Positions 20,901 through 31,635 of a DNA stretch of 64,000 nucleotides are shown piece after piece. Both the position numbers and the translations under genes were made by a program. The stretch's first letter is position 1, and each line of letters opens with the position of its first letter. The notes beneath the pieces are model-generated. The model had not been told where the DNA came from and searched no databases. It was given only the letters and a program-made list of their open reading frames with translations. This DNA is from Ascidiaceihabitans sp. (lineage in GTDB: Bacteria; Pseudomonadota; Alphaproteobacteria; Rhodobacterales; Rhodobacteraceae): assembly GCA_028388995.1 (NCBI GenBank), contig JAOEQC010000001.1, positions 2,293 to 66,292 of the forward strand. The letters are read 5' to 3'.

Positions 20901-20919
20901 TCCACTCGGATTAGTTTTG

Positions 20920-20952
20920 GGCCGATCCGTTTTTTCGGGTCGGCCTTTTTTT
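20920..20952 (+). terminator. Intrinsic terminator/stabiliser hairpin after dctP
   Basis: GGCCGATCCG...CGGGTCGGCC followed by T7. Confidence 0.8.
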
Positions 20953-21051
20953 GTAGATTTTTATAATAAAGACGATGACACTCAAGGCAGTCGTATCAGG
21001 ACACAAGACCTTGTTGGCTGATTTGATCTGTTAAAAGGGGGGATACCTTAT

Positions 21052-21720
21052 ATGTCGATTTGGTCCGAAGTAGCTGCTATTATACCTGCCATCATGTCTG
21101 GTGACTCGTGGGAAATGAATACTGCGTTCAAGAAAGATGGAATGTGGTTGTTCAGTGCGGTGCTCACACTATTTGGCGGCATTCTTGCGCATAACATTTT
21201 CAAGTATGTGCCCTTTATTGAGCGTAACTTAGAACGCACCATTGCAGTCGCAATGTACATCATGATTGCAGCAATCATTTTCTGGGGTGTGGTCGACCGG
21301 TTTGTGTTTTCAAACCAATGGTCCGGATCAACAACTATCCCACCGTTCCTATTTATGATTATGGCGTGGTTCGCCTGTTCCTATAACGTCAAATTGCGCA
21401 CGCACCTTAGCTTTAGCGAATTCCGCTCAAAAATGTCCCCACGCAACCAAATGGGTGTTCTTTCAATGGACACTGTTTTGTGGCTTGGCTTTTGCTTGTT
21501 GGCAATCACCACTTCGCTTCGATTCACGGTGCTTTCCGCCCAAAACTTTCAGATGGTCGACGGTGTCGATGACACAATGAAATGGTGGTTCTACATCACT
21601 GTGCCAATCGCGTTTACCATGATGTCAGGCCGTGTAATCGGCAACTGGCTCGAGGATTTTGGCAACTACAGATCCGGTAACACAATTATCAAACAAGCTG
21701 TAATTGGGGGGGATGTCTAA
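21052..21720 (+). CDS. TRAP small permease DctQ
   Basis: Hydrophobic protein between dctP and dctM; THLSF motif. Confidence 0.85.
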   Translation: MSIWSEVAAIIPAIMSGDSWEMNTAFKKDGMWLFSAVLTLFGGILAHNIFKYVPFIERNLERTIAVAMYIMIAAIIFWGVVDRFVFSNQWSGSTTIPPFLFMIMAWFACSYNVKLRTHLSFSEFRSKMSPRNQMGVLSMDTVLWLGFCLLAITTSLRFTVLSAQNFQMVDGVDDTMKWWFYITVPIAFTMMSGRVIGNWLEDFGNYRSGNTIIKQAVIGGDV

Positions 21721-23078
21721 TGACCGACGCAACATGGATCACGCTTATTTCGTTAGGCGTCACGATGTTCTTCATGCTGGGCACACCTGTCTTGCTGGTT
21801 ATCTTTTACTGGGTGGTGGGCTGTAGCTTTGTCATCGATCTTCCGCTGGACAACACAGGCAACGAATTGCTGAACGTGTTCAACAAAGGGTTTGCCCTGC
21901 TGGCCATGCCGCTGTTCATCCTAACAGGGGACTTGATCAACCAATCAGGGATTGCGCGACGATTATCGGACTTTGCCTACTCTTGCTTGGGCTGGCTGCG
22001 AGGCGGCCTAGCGATGGCGGCTATCTCAGCCTGTGGTCTGTTCGCAGCGATCTCTGGATCAAACTCTGCGACCACTGCAACAATCGGTTCAATGCTTCAC
22101 CCTGAAATGGTCAAAGGCGGCTACGACGAACGCTTCTCTGCCGCAACTGCAGCGGCGGGTGGCACAGTCGGGATTATCATCCCACCGTCGATCATCTTCA
22201 TCGTTTACGGGTTCCTGTTGAACCTGCCCATCTCTGATCTGTTCATTGCAGGTATCTTGCCAGGTGCCTTGATGGTTCTGTCTATGATGACCGCTGCGTT
22301 CATCATTTGCACGATCAACGGCTGGGGTTACCTGATCAAGCTGTCACCAATGCGCGTTATCAAAACCGCAATCGGTGCATGGCTTGGGTTCTTCGCAATC
22401 GGTCTGGTCCTATGGTGCATCTACACAGGTCGCGCCTCTCCGACTGAAGCGGCGGGCGTAACGGTTGGTGTATGTATCATAATCGGCTTGCTGTGCTATC
22501 CGCTGAACAAGATCATGGGCGACGACGAAAACGAAAAGGTTGAAGACAAATCCGCCGTTTCCATGTTGGTCGTAAAAGGGTTCACACTGATGAGCTTGCC
22601 ACAGATCGTTTCCCGCTCCGCCCAAATTACGGGTATCCTTGTGCCGCTGATCGCTATTTCAGTGGCCATGCAACAAGTGATGTCCTCCCTTGGAGCAAAG
22701 GAATTCATCGGCGGGTTCGTGACGGGTATGGGCGGTTATCATGCGGTTTTGTTCACATCCATGGCGATTGTGTTTGTGACAGGGATGATCCTAGAATCCT
22801 TGCCAGTGACCATTATCCTTGCACCAATCTTGGCACCCATCGCGGCTTCAGTCGGGGTTGATCCGATCCACTTCTCAGTGATCTTCCTTGTGGGTGCATC
22901 GATTGGGTTCATCACACCGCCTTATGGCCTCAACCTTTATGTGGCGTCGGGCGTCACTGGGGTGCCGTACTTCAGGCTGCTGCGCTACACAGTTCCATAT
23001 TTGATCGCTTTGATCTCAACATGGATCTTGGTTGCACTTACACCTGAATTGGCACTATGGCTGTTGCCAACCAGATAA
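21720..23078 (+). CDS. TRAP large permease DctM
   Basis: LLAMPLFILTG, ISGSNSATTA, GIIIPPS, GFITPPYGLNL. Confidence 0.93.
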   Translation: MTDATWITLISLGVTMFFMLGTPVLLVIFYWVVGCSFVIDLPLDNTGNELLNVFNKGFALLAMPLFILTGDLINQSGIARRLSDFAYSCLGWLRGGLAMAAISACGLFAAISGSNSATTATIGSMLHPEMVKGGYDERFSAATAAAGGTVGIIIPPSIIFIVYGFLLNLPISDLFIAGILPGALMVLSMMTAAFIICTINGWGYLIKLSPMRVIKTAIGAWLGFFAIGLVLWCIYTGRASPTEAAGVTVGVCIIIGLLCYPLNKIMGDDENEKVEDKSAVSMLVVKGFTLMSLPQIVSRSAQITGILVPLIAISVAMQQVMSSLGAKEFIGGFVTGMGGYHAVLFTSMAIVFVTGMILESLPVTIILAPILAPIAASVGVDPIHFSVIFLVGASIGFITPPYGLNLYVASGVTGVPYFRLLRYTVPYLIALISTWILVALTPELALWLLPTR

Positions 23079-23087
23079 GGCGAGCAA

Positions 23088-23864
23088 ATGCCAAACAATA
23101 TGGCAGACCAAAAGGGACAGATTCCAACAAACTTACGGCTATTGTTGCTGTTGGAAGAAGTCGCACGTGCAGGCGTCCCCGTGACGCCTGCCGGTTTGGT
23201 CGAGGCGTTGGGCCTACCAAAACCCACAGTGCACCGACTGTTTAACACCGCCGAAGAAGAAGGTTTCCTACAGCGCGACATCGATGGACGGTCTTATGGA
23301 CCGGGCCCACGCCTGCGCCGCCTTTCAGTGAATACGCTTAGCTCACAACGCCTGCGCACCCTGCGCCTGTCCATCTTGACCGAAGTTGTCGAACAGATGG
23401 ACGAGACCTGCAACATCTCGGTCCCAGACCGCGAACACATGGTGTACCTTGAGCGGATCGAAACTAAATGGCCGCTGCGCATTCAGTTGCCAGTAGGGAC
23501 CCGAGTGCCGTTGCACTGTACGGCTTCTGGTAAAATGTACCTTAGCTCGTTGAACCCACGTTACTTGGATCGCTACCTTGCGAACCACAAACTGGAACAG
23601 CACACAAGCAAGACCATAACTGATGTTGCAGCCCTCAAGGCTGAACTCAGCGAAACCCGCAAACGTGGGTATTCCACGGATGACGAGGAATTCATGTACG
23701 GGATGGTTGCGGTGGCTGTTGCTATTGTGGATGACCAAGGACGCCTTGTGTCTACATTGTCCGCTCACTCCCCTTTGCAGCGTAACAACTTGGTAAAAAT
23801 TACCGAAAATGTCGGCACACTAAAATCGGCTGCTGAAAAGTTATCGGACTTGTTGCTCACCTAA
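23088..23864 (+). CDS. IclR-family regulator
   Basis: LGLPKPTVHRL HTH, PLHCTASGK, RGYSTDDEEF. Confidence 0.93.
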   Translation: MPNNMADQKGQIPTNLRLLLLLEEVARAGVPVTPAGLVEALGLPKPTVHRLFNTAEEEGFLQRDIDGRSYGPGPRLRRLSVNTLSSQRLRTLRLSILTEVVEQMDETCNISVPDREHMVYLERIETKWPLRIQLPVGTRVPLHCTASGKMYLSSLNPRYLDRYLANHKLEQHTSKTITDVAALKAELSETRKRGYSTDDEEFMYGMVAVAVAIVDDQGRLVSTLSAHSPLQRNNLVKITENVGTLKSAAEKLSDLLLT

Positions 23865-23960
23865 AGGTGTCAATCTGTTGACAACACCCCTTTGTGTTCG
23901 CCAAAGATTGCAGCAATGGATCGGCGGTTCTTATATGAAAAATCAACAGGAGATACGCAT

Positions 23961-25076
23961 ATGATGCGCACCCGTGCAGCAGTTGCAGTCGCAGCAGGTC
24001 AGCCACTTCAAGTTATGGAAGTGAACCTTGACGGTCCACATGCAGGCGAAGTTTTGGTTGAAATCAAAGCGACAGGCCTATGCCACACAGATGAATTTAC
24101 CCGTTCAGGCGATGATCCAGAAGGTATCTTCCCAGCGATTTTGGGCCATGAGGGCGCAGGCGTTGTAATCGAAATCGGTGAAGGCGTAACATCATTGGAA
24201 GTGGGCGATCACGTGATCCCGCTTTACACACCAGAATGTCGCGAATGCGAATATTGCTTGAACCCTAAAACCAACCTTTGCCAAAAAGTGCGTAGCACAC
24301 AAGGCCAAGGCTTGTTGCCAGACGGTTCCACACGCTTTTCTATGTTGGATGGCACACCGATCCACCACTATATGGGTTGTTCCACTTTCGCGAACCACAC
24401 AGTTGTTCCAGAGATCGCATTGGCGAAGGTCCGTAAAGATGCGCCATTCGACAAAATCTGCTACATCGGGTGTGGTGTAACTACGGGCATTGGCGCTGTT
24501 ATCAACACGGCCAAAGTTGAAATTGGTTCAACGGCTATCGTCTTTGGTCTGGGCGGCATCGGCTTGAACGTTCTTCAAGGCTTGCGTCTTGCGGGGGCGG
24601 ATCAAATCGTTGGTGTGGATCTGAATGAAGGCCGTATTGAGATGGGCGAACGTTTCGGCATGACTCATTTTGTGAACCCATCTAAAATTGAGGGCGATCT
24701 GGTTGAGCATCTTGTTGAACTAACGGGCGGTGGTGCAGATTACACGTTTGATGCAACTGGCAACGTAGGCGTCATGCGTACTGCCCTAGAGGCGTCACAC
24801 AAAGGTTGGGGTGAGAGCATCATCATCGGCGTGGCACCAGCAGGCGCTGAAATCTCAACACGCCCGTTTCAATTGGTCACCGGTCGTACATGGCGCGGAA
24901 CTGCGTTTGGTGGGGCCAAAGGCCGTACAGATGTTCCAAAAATTGTTGATTGGTATATGAATGGCAAGATCGAGATCGACCCCATGATCACGCACAAGCT
25001 GACACTTGATCAAATCAATGAGGGCTTTGAATTGATGCATGCTGGTAAGTCTATCCGCGCAGTTGTTGAATTCTAA
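23961..25076 (+). CDS. frmA: S-(hydroxymethyl)glutathione dehydrogenase / class III alcohol dehydrogenase
   Basis: GLCHTD, LGHEGAG, structural Zn Cys cluster, STRPFQLVTGR; AGGAG RBS. Confidence 0.96.
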   Translation: MMRTRAAVAVAAGQPLQVMEVNLDGPHAGEVLVEIKATGLCHTDEFTRSGDDPEGIFPAILGHEGAGVVIEIGEGVTSLEVGDHVIPLYTPECRECEYCLNPKTNLCQKVRSTQGQGLLPDGSTRFSMLDGTPIHHYMGCSTFANHTVVPEIALAKVRKDAPFDKICYIGCGVTTGIGAVINTAKVEIGSTAIVFGLGGIGLNVLQGLRLAGADQIVGVDLNEGRIEMGERFGMTHFVNPSKIEGDLVEHLVELTGGGADYTFDATGNVGVMRTALEASHKGWGESIIIGVAPAGAEISTRPFQLVTGRTWRGTAFGGAKGRTDVPKIVDWYMNGKIEIDPMITHKLTLDQINEGFELMHAGKSIRAVVEF

Positions 25077-25381
25077 ATTAAGCTGATTTTTATAAAGGTT
25101 AGCGCTGAAAACAGGGTTAACAATTCGTGAATTGCATTTGCCTTGGATGAGGTGAGCAAACTGTGAAGTTCGCGGGTTGAATTGCACAGTTTTGCGTTTG
25201 TGGCAGCTGTTTTGGCTGTCTTGGGATTTGGGCAATGTTCAGAACATTTTGCTAACTGTGCAGTTTGTAGTGAATATTGAGACGCACGCTCAATTAACTA
25301 GTTCTCGGGACGCCACTGCGGAGTGGTTTATTTTGCTTGGATGCATATATCTCAAATAACCCAATTAAGAGGCACCTTGCG

Positions 25382-25840
25382 ATGAAAGTAACCGTTAACG
25401 GCACCCAGCACGACATCGACATTGAGCCTGATATGCCCCTTCTTTGGGTGCTGCGCGACGAACTAGGGATCACAGGTCCTAAGTACGGTTGCGGCATTGC
25501 CCAGTGCGGTGCTTGCACCGTTCATATGAACGGCGAAGCTGTCAAAGCCTGTCAAGTTGCTGCAGAAGATATTGATGGAGAAGTCGTTACAATTGAGGGG
25601 CTTGGTACACCTGATGCGATGCACGCTGTGCAATCTGCATGGGTCGAACATCAAGTTGCACAATGTGGTTACTGTCAGTCCGGTCAGATGATGGCGGCGG
25701 CTGCATTTGTGCTGGAAACACCAGCACCCACTGACGATGAAATTGACGACGCAATGAGCAGCAACCTTTGCCGTTGTGGCACTTACCCCCGTATCCGCGC
25801 CGCAGTGAAAACAGCTGCCAAAAACCTAAGCGAGGCCTAA
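25382..25840 (+). CDS. (2Fe-2S) subunit of isoquinoline 1-oxidoreductase-type molybdoenzyme (IorA-like)
   Basis: [28 protein letters not shown]. Confidence 0.92.
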   Translation: MKVTVNGTQHDIDIEPDMPLLWVLRDELGITGPKYGCGIAQCGACTVHMNGEAVKACQVAAEDIDGEVVTIEGLGTPDAMHAVQSAWVEHQVAQCGYCQSGQMMAAAAFVLETPAPTDDEIDDAMSSNLCRCGTYPRIRAAVKTAAKNLSEA

Positions 25841-25844
25841 GTCC

Positions 25845-28085
25845 ATGGGAAAGCTTAAAACAATCTTTCGCCGTACATTTTTAATTGGTTCCGTCGCCAT
25901 TGTCAGCGGTGTTGCATTTGGCGTTTACCGCTACAAAACGCCTTATGCGAACCCGTTGCTAAATGACCTGGCAGATGGCGAAGCTGCGCTGACAGCATAT
26001 GTGAAAATTGATGCGTCTGGCATCATGCTAATTACGCCACGCGCTGACAGCGGACAGGGGGCGTATTCAGTCCAAGCTATTCTTATCGCGGAAGAACTAG
26101 ACGTTGAATTGGATCAGATCAATGTTGATCCGGGCATGCCTGACAAGGCTTATTATAACACAGCTTTTGGCGACGGCGGGGCACCTTTTGCTGCGACCGA
26201 CGATGGATTCGCGGCGAAATCAACGCGTACCGTAATAAATTCATTGATGAAATTCCTTGGCATGCAGGTCACGGGGGGCTCAACTACCGTGCCAGATTCA
26301 TATGAAAAACTACGTGTTGTTGGCGCTGTCGCTCGTGAAACGCTGAAAGCTGCGGCGGCTGAAAAGACAGGCATTGCCGTTGCCGATCTGACGACACAAG
26401 CCGGCAAGGTTATCACACCTGATGGCACTGAAATCCGCTATGAGGACTTGGCCGCGATTGCAGCAACGCTAGACCCAGTAGAAGACGTGACATTGCGCGA
26501 CCCAAGCATATGGCGTATTTTGGGAAAACAACACCAACGCTATGATACAATTTCGAAATCTACAGGCACTCAAGCCTATGGTATCGATTTCAAACGCGAC
26601 GGTATGGTGCACGCAATGGTGCGCACAAACCCACGTCGTGGCGGTAAAATGGTCAGCTTTGATGACACTGAAGCGAAAGCGATGCGCGGCGTTCAAAAGG
26701 TGCTCCCGATCACGGGCGGCATTGCCGTTGTGGCGGATAACACATGGCGTGCGATTCAAGCCGCGAATGCTGTTGAAATCGAGTGGGGATCCGCGCCGTA
26801 TCCTGCCGAAATGAATGCGCATTGGCAGGCACTGTCCGATAGTTTCAACGAGGATCAACAAGACAGCCGCCAACGCGATGACGGCGATGTCGTTGCTGCG
26901 ATGGATGGGGCAGATGTGATCGAGGCCGAGTACCGCGCGCCCTATCTGGCCCACGCACCGCTTGAGCCTATCAGTGCCGTTGTTGAAGTGTCTGCGGATC
27001 GTGTGGACGTATGGACAGGTACGCAAATTCCACGTTTCGTTCAGACCAATGTGTCAAAGATGACAGGCGTCGATTTTGATGATGTGCACGTGCATGTTTT
27101 GATGATGGGAGGCAGCTTTGGCCATCGCCTTGAAGACCGTGTTGTTAAAGAAGCCATCGAAATTGCAATGCAAATGCCGGGTGTTCCGGTCAAGCTGACC
27201 TATTCACGTGAAGAAGATATGGCGCACAACGACACCCGCCAAATCGCTATGGCACGCGGGCGCGGCACTGTTAAAAATGGTCAAGTCGAAACGATGGACT
27301 TGGGCATCGCGATGCCGTCCGTGGTAGCCAGTCAAATGGGCCGTCAGGGTCTGTCCCTTCCAGGCCCAGATACGCAGATTGTTGCGGGTGCATGGGAACA
27401 ACCGCTGAGCATCCCCAACTACCGTATCACCGGTTATCGCGCGCCAGAGTTGGCACCGATCTCAAGCTGGCGTTCCGTTGGGGCCTCCACAAACGGATTT
27501 TTCCACGATGTGTTCTTGGACGAGCTGATCCATGCAGCTGGTGCTGACCCTATGGAAGAACGCTTGCGTCTGTGCTGGCATGAACCATCGCGTAAGGTAC
27601 TGGAAAAGGTTGCTGAAATATCCAATTGGGGTGCGCCTTTGGCACCCAACAAAGGGCGTGGTGTTGGTTTCTGCATGTCCTTTGGTGTGGCCGTGGCTGA
27701 GGTTGTTGAGGTGACCAATACTGAGGAAGGCATAAAGCTAGACAACGTTTGGGTTGCGGCAGAGGTTGGTAAAGTTATCGACCCGAACATGTTTGAAAAC
27801 ATGGTTCAGGGCGGTGTTAACTGGGCCTTGGGGCATGCTATCATGTCTGAGATTACCTATTCCGATGGTATGACTGAACAAGAGAACTTTGATACGTTTG
27901 AATCCTTGCGCATGTATCAATCGCCAAAGATTGAGGTCGCAGGTTTAGAAAACGGCGACCACGTGCGTGGCATGGGCGAACCCATGGTTCCACCAGCTGC
28001 TGCTGCATTGTCTAATGCGATCTTTGCGGCGACCGGCCAACGTATTCGCGAAATGCCGATGAACAAGTTTATCGACTTCGTATAA
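25845..28085 (+). CDS. Molybdopterin-binding subunit (IorB-like)
   Basis: RRTFL Tat-like N-terminus, GQG, TGGST, GGSFG, WRSVG, GMGEP. Confidence 0.92.
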   Translation: MGKLKTIFRRTFLIGSVAIVSGVAFGVYRYKTPYANPLLNDLADGEAALTAYVKIDASGIMLITPRADSGQGAYSVQAILIAEELDVELDQINVDPGMPDKAYYNTAFGDGGAPFAATDDGFAAKSTRTVINSLMKFLGMQVTGGSTTVPDSYEKLRVVGAVARETLKAAAAEKTGIAVADLTTQAGKVITPDGTEIRYEDLAAIAATLDPVEDVTLRDPSIWRILGKQHQRYDTISKSTGTQAYGIDFKRDGMVHAMVRTNPRRGGKMVSFDDTEAKAMRGVQKVLPITGGIAVVADNTWRAIQAANAVEIEWGSAPYPAEMNAHWQALSDSFNEDQQDSRQRDDGDVVAAMDGADVIEAEYRAPYLAHAPLEPISAVVEVSADRVDVWTGTQIPRFVQTNVSKMTGVDFDDVHVHVLMMGGSFGHRLEDRVVKEAIEIAMQMPGVPVKLTYSREEDMAHNDTRQIAMARGRGTVKNGQVETMDLGIAMPSVVASQMGRQGLSLPGPDTQIVAGAWEQPLSIPNYRITGYRAPELAPISSWRSVGASTNGFFHDVFLDELIHAAGADPMEERLRLCWHEPSRKVLEKVAEISNWGAPLAPNKGRGVGFCMSFGVAVAEVVEVTNTEEGIKLDNVWVAAEVGKVIDPNMFENMVQGGVNWALGHAIMSEITYSDGMTEQENFDTFESLRMYQSPKIEVAGLENGDHVRGMGEPMVPPAAAALSNAIFAATGQRIREMPMNKFIDFV

Positions 28086-28090
28086 AAAAC

Positions 28091-28124
28091 CGCGGTGGCC
28101 TTGTTGGGATAGGGCCACTGCGTT
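28091..28124 (+). terminator. Hairpin after iorB
   Basis: CGCGGTGGCCTTGT-TGGG-ATAGGGCCACTGCG. Confidence 0.55.
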
Positions 28125-28197
28125 GCATGATCCAAGAACGACTTGTTATGGGCGTAAAATCACTTGACGCTTGGTCCAAATCATCGTCGTTTGACGC

Positions 28198-29223
28198 ATG
28201 GAAATTTTTCAAAACACCCCCCGCAAACATGTATCTGGCTTGGACGATGTTCCAATCCCAAGCGTCGATCACCAATCCGTTGCAGACCTGATCCAACGTT
28301 GCCCTGAGGCAGCAGAAACACCGCTGCATGATGTGGCCAGTTTGGCCAATGATTTAGGCGTTGCATCCGTTTGGGTCAAGGACGAGCGCAATCGCATGGG
28401 GCTGGGCAGTTTTAAGGCATTGGGTGCAGCATATGTGATCGCACATGATGCCAAGGCAGGACGGGCAAAAGGCCGTACATATGTGACAGCAAGCGCTGGC
28501 AATCATGGTATGTCGGTCGCGGCGGGGGCTTCGGCCTTTGGGGCATCTGCCGTAGTCTATATTGCGGAATCGGTGCCTGAAGTTTTTGCTGATCGTTTAC
28601 GCGGCTTGGGTGCGCAGGTTGTGCGCGAAGGTGCTATCTATGAGGACAGCATGGCGGCTGCGTTGAAGGCAGCCAATGACAATTGCTGGGATATTCTGTC
28701 GGACACGTCATGGCCAGGGTATTACGAGCGCCCACATCGTTTGATGGAGGGCTATTTGATGCTCATGCGCGAGGCGATTGCGCAGGTGCCAGAGGTTCCC
28801 ACCCATATCTTTTTGCAAGCAGGTGTGGGCGGTTTGGCCGGATCATGTGCTGCCCTGGCACGTGACGCGTGGGGGGCTGAACCAACAATTGTGGTTGTTG
28901 AACCTGAGTTGGCACCAGCCTTGGTGGCCTCTGTTAAGGCAGGTAAATTTGTGACTGCGAAAGGTCCAGTTTCAAACATGGGTCGGTTGGATTGTAAGGA
29001 ACCATCGTTGATCGCGCTTAAAGGGTTGGCGCGTGACGCGGATGTGTTCATCACGTTGACCGAGGATGAGGGCACTGTGGGCGCGGATTTGGCACAGGCG
29101 CATGGATACCCATCCAGTACGTCAGGAGCCGCTGGTTTGGCAGGTCTGATCTCAACGAAGGAAGCTTTAGCCATCGGTAATGATGCGCTTGTGCTTTGTA
29201 TTCTTAGCGAAGGTCCCGCATGA
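28198..29223 (+). CDS. PLP-dependent diaminopropionate ammonia-lyase-like enzyme
   Basis: KDERNRMGLGSFKALG, TASAGNHG, SDTSWPGY, QAGVGGLA. Confidence 0.85.
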   Translation: MEIFQNTPRKHVSGLDDVPIPSVDHQSVADLIQRCPEAAETPLHDVASLANDLGVASVWVKDERNRMGLGSFKALGAAYVIAHDAKAGRAKGRTYVTASAGNHGMSVAAGASAFGASAVVYIAESVPEVFADRLRGLGAQVVREGAIYEDSMAAALKAANDNCWDILSDTSWPGYYERPHRLMEGYLMLMREAIAQVPEVPTHIFLQAGVGGLAGSCAALARDAWGAEPTIVVVEPELAPALVASVKAGKFVTAKGPVSNMGRLDCKEPSLIALKGLARDADVFITLTEDEGTVGADLAQAHGYPSSTSGAAGLAGLISTKEALAIGNDALVLCILSEGPA

Positions 29224-30377
29224 GCGCGGCCCCACAACGTGGATTTGGCGAGGCCGAATATCGTCATCGTTTGAGCCGTGCACAAACGATGATGGCGAAA
29301 GCAGGCTTAGCTTGTTTGTTGCTAAGCACTGAACCCGAAGTGCGTTATTTCACGGGTTATTTGACCCGTTTTTGGGAAAGCCCGGCGCGTCCGTGGTTTT
29401 TGATTGTCCCTGCGGTTGGCGATCCGATTGCTGTGATCCCATCCATTGGCGTGGCTTTGATGTCGCGCAGTTGGATCAAGGATATCCGCAGCTGGCGGTC
29501 CCCTGATTTGCAAGATGATGGCGTCAGCTTGCTACGCGATGCTTTGTGCGAAGTGGCAGGGACTGATGGAAAAATTGGTGTGCCGAGCGGGTTAGAAACC
29601 CATGTGCGTATGCCTATGCACAGCTGGAACGCGCTACAACAGGGCCTTTCGATTGTGGACGATGCCGAAATCGTGGTGCGTTTGCGCAAGATCAAATCAC
29701 AGGCTGAAATTGCCAAAATTGCGCAGGCAGGTGCAATTGCAAACCTTGCCTTTGCGCGTGTGCCTGAAATTGCGCAGGCAGGTGTGCCGTTGGAAAAGGT
29801 GTTCCGTCATTTTCAAATGTTACTGCTAGAGGAAGGGGCCGATTGGGTGCCTTATCTGGCAGGAGCGGCGGGTCAGGACGGGTATTACGACGTGATTTCT
29901 CCTGCGACTGATGCGCCATTGGTGCAGGGCGATATCCTGATGTTGGATACTGGCGCTGTATGGGACGGATACTTCTGTGATTTCGATCGCAACTTTGCGG
30001 TTGGGGCACCGTCTGCTATTGCCCAGTCGGGCCATAGCAGTTTGATTGAGGCTGTTGATGCTGGGATGGCAGCTGCAAAACCTGGTGCGATGATGTGTGA
30101 TTTGTTCCATGCAATGGCAGGGGTGGTGGCTGGTGACAGTGACGCCGTGGCGAATGCAGGGCGTTTGGGCCACGGGTTGGGGATGCAGCTGACAGAGTGG
30201 CCGTCGATCATCCCTACGGACCTAACAGTGTTGGAAACAGGTATGGTCCTGACACTTGAGCCATCGGTGGAGACCGTTGATGGGCGTATCATGGTACATG
30301 AAGAAAACATCGCAATCACCGAAACGGGTGCGGTGTTCTTGAACGCGCGTTCAGGACGTTCTTTGGTCAGCGTATGA
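29220..30377 (+). CDS. M24 Xaa-Pro peptidase-family hydrolase
   Basis: Creatinase-like N-domain; LDTG, DFDR, GHGLG, TLEP and HEEN ligands; ATGA coupling. Confidence 0.88.
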   Translation: MSAAPQRGFGEAEYRHRLSRAQTMMAKAGLACLLLSTEPEVRYFTGYLTRFWESPARPWFLIVPAVGDPIAVIPSIGVALMSRSWIKDIRSWRSPDLQDDGVSLLRDALCEVAGTDGKIGVPSGLETHVRMPMHSWNALQQGLSIVDDAEIVVRLRKIKSQAEIAKIAQAGAIANLAFARVPEIAQAGVPLEKVFRHFQMLLLEEGADWVPYLAGAAGQDGYYDVISPATDAPLVQGDILMLDTGAVWDGYFCDFDRNFAVGAPSAIAQSGHSSLIEAVDAGMAAAKPGAMMCDLFHAMAGVVAGDSDAVANAGRLGHGLGMQLTEWPSIIPTDLTVLETGMVLTLEPSVETVDGRIMVHEENIAITETGAVFLNARSGRSLVSV

Positions 30378-31096
30378 GTGTTTACAGCTACACTCTAGCC
30401 GCCAATGATGCACCGCCCATCGGGTTGATCGTGTTGCAAACCGACGAGACCATTGAACGCGATATGCGCCGTCTGTTGGGTGATGCGCCGCTGTACGTGA
30501 CGCGGGTACCCAGTGCGCCGGTGGTGACCTCTGAAACGTTGCAGCAGATGGCCAATGAGATATCGGGGGCGGCATCATTGCTGCCACAAGCGGCTGAATT
30601 CAGCGCGATTGGTTATGGTTGTACCTCTGGAACCGCGCAGATTGGCCCCAATCAAATCGCTGATTTGGTCAAGGCAGGGACTGCGACACAAGGCGTGACA
30701 GAGCCTGTCAGCGCATTGATCGCAGCCTGCAATCATCTGGGTATTAAACGATTGGCATTTTTGTCGCCTTATATCGCTGAGGTATCGGGGCGTCTGCGTA
30801 ACGTATTGGCGGATGCCGATGTTCAAACGCCTGTTTTTGGCAGCTTTGCCGAAGAGGTTGAGGAAAAGGTTGTGCGTATTGATGGGCCATCCATCATTAA
30901 TGCAGCGCGCGATTTATGTGCAGATGCGCAGGTGGACGGGTTGTTTTTGTCCTGTACGAATTTGCGGACATTGGATGTGGTTGCGCCGCTTGAGGCTGAA
31001 CTGGATATACCTGTGCTCAGCAGCAATTTGGTTCTTGGCTGGCACATGGCGCAACTTGCCGGGATGCCGTTTTCGGGGTTGGGTAGATTGCGCTAG
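30374..31096 (+). CDS. Maleate isomerase / Asp-Glu racemase family (EutA-like)
   Basis: GYGCTSG and LSCTNL Cys motifs, VLSSN; ATGA coupling. Confidence 0.88.
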   Translation: MSVYSYTLAANDAPPIGLIVLQTDETIERDMRRLLGDAPLYVTRVPSAPVVTSETLQQMANEISGAASLLPQAAEFSAIGYGCTSGTAQIGPNQIADLVKAGTATQGVTEPVSALIAACNHLGIKRLAFLSPYIAEVSGRLRNVLADADVQTPVFGSFAEEVEEKVVRIDGPSIINAARDLCADAQVDGLFLSCTNLRTLDVVAPLEAELDIPVLSSNLVLGWHMAQLAGMPFSGLGRLR

Positions 31097-31492
31097 GGCT
31101 CAATCAGGTCCCTGAAGAACTCCAAATCTTCAATGCGGTTTAGGGCCAGGCGCTCAAGACAGATGTATTGAATGAGCGGCTGGATTGAGCCACCGCGCGC
31201 AATTGTGATTTCGGCCAGACATGCCTGATCGCGGCACTTGATCCAAGTGCGCTGCGCTGTGTGCAACATCCTCGCTCGGGATTTCATCATTTTCTAGGCG
31301 ACTATTGCGATTTTTGGCGTCGCGAATTGCGATTTTCCATGTGTGGTTAAGCAATGCATCTGCAGAGGCATAGGCGCTTGAGGCGCAGTCATTCATGTCC
31401 ATCTGCGTTTGGGGTGCTGAGCAGTCGGGTGATTGCGCAAAACCTGCAACCGGTAGAAGGGCGGTGACTACAGCCAAGATGAGGGTTTTCAT
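31093..31492 (-). pseudogene. LprI/DUF1311-family secreted protein, frameshifted
   Basis: Signal peptide plus DCSAPQTQMDMNDCA in one frame; AQRTWIKCRDQAC..GGSIQPL..C in another; shift near 31270. Confidence 0.8.
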
Positions 31493-31635
31493 AAAGTGTT
31501 TGCATTTAGCTTGTATGACAGGGTTGTGTTGCCATTGTACTGTGATCATCTGCGAATTTTGTAAACATTAGAAATTATAATCTGTACCTTAGCATCTTGA
31601 CCCCCCCAGGGCTTTGACGTAGATCGTGTTGTGGC

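Noticed and set aside
23868-23883. TGTCAA-N4-TTGACA dyad upstream of frmA
   Set aside because: May simply be a -35 box; no second copy or assignable regulator.
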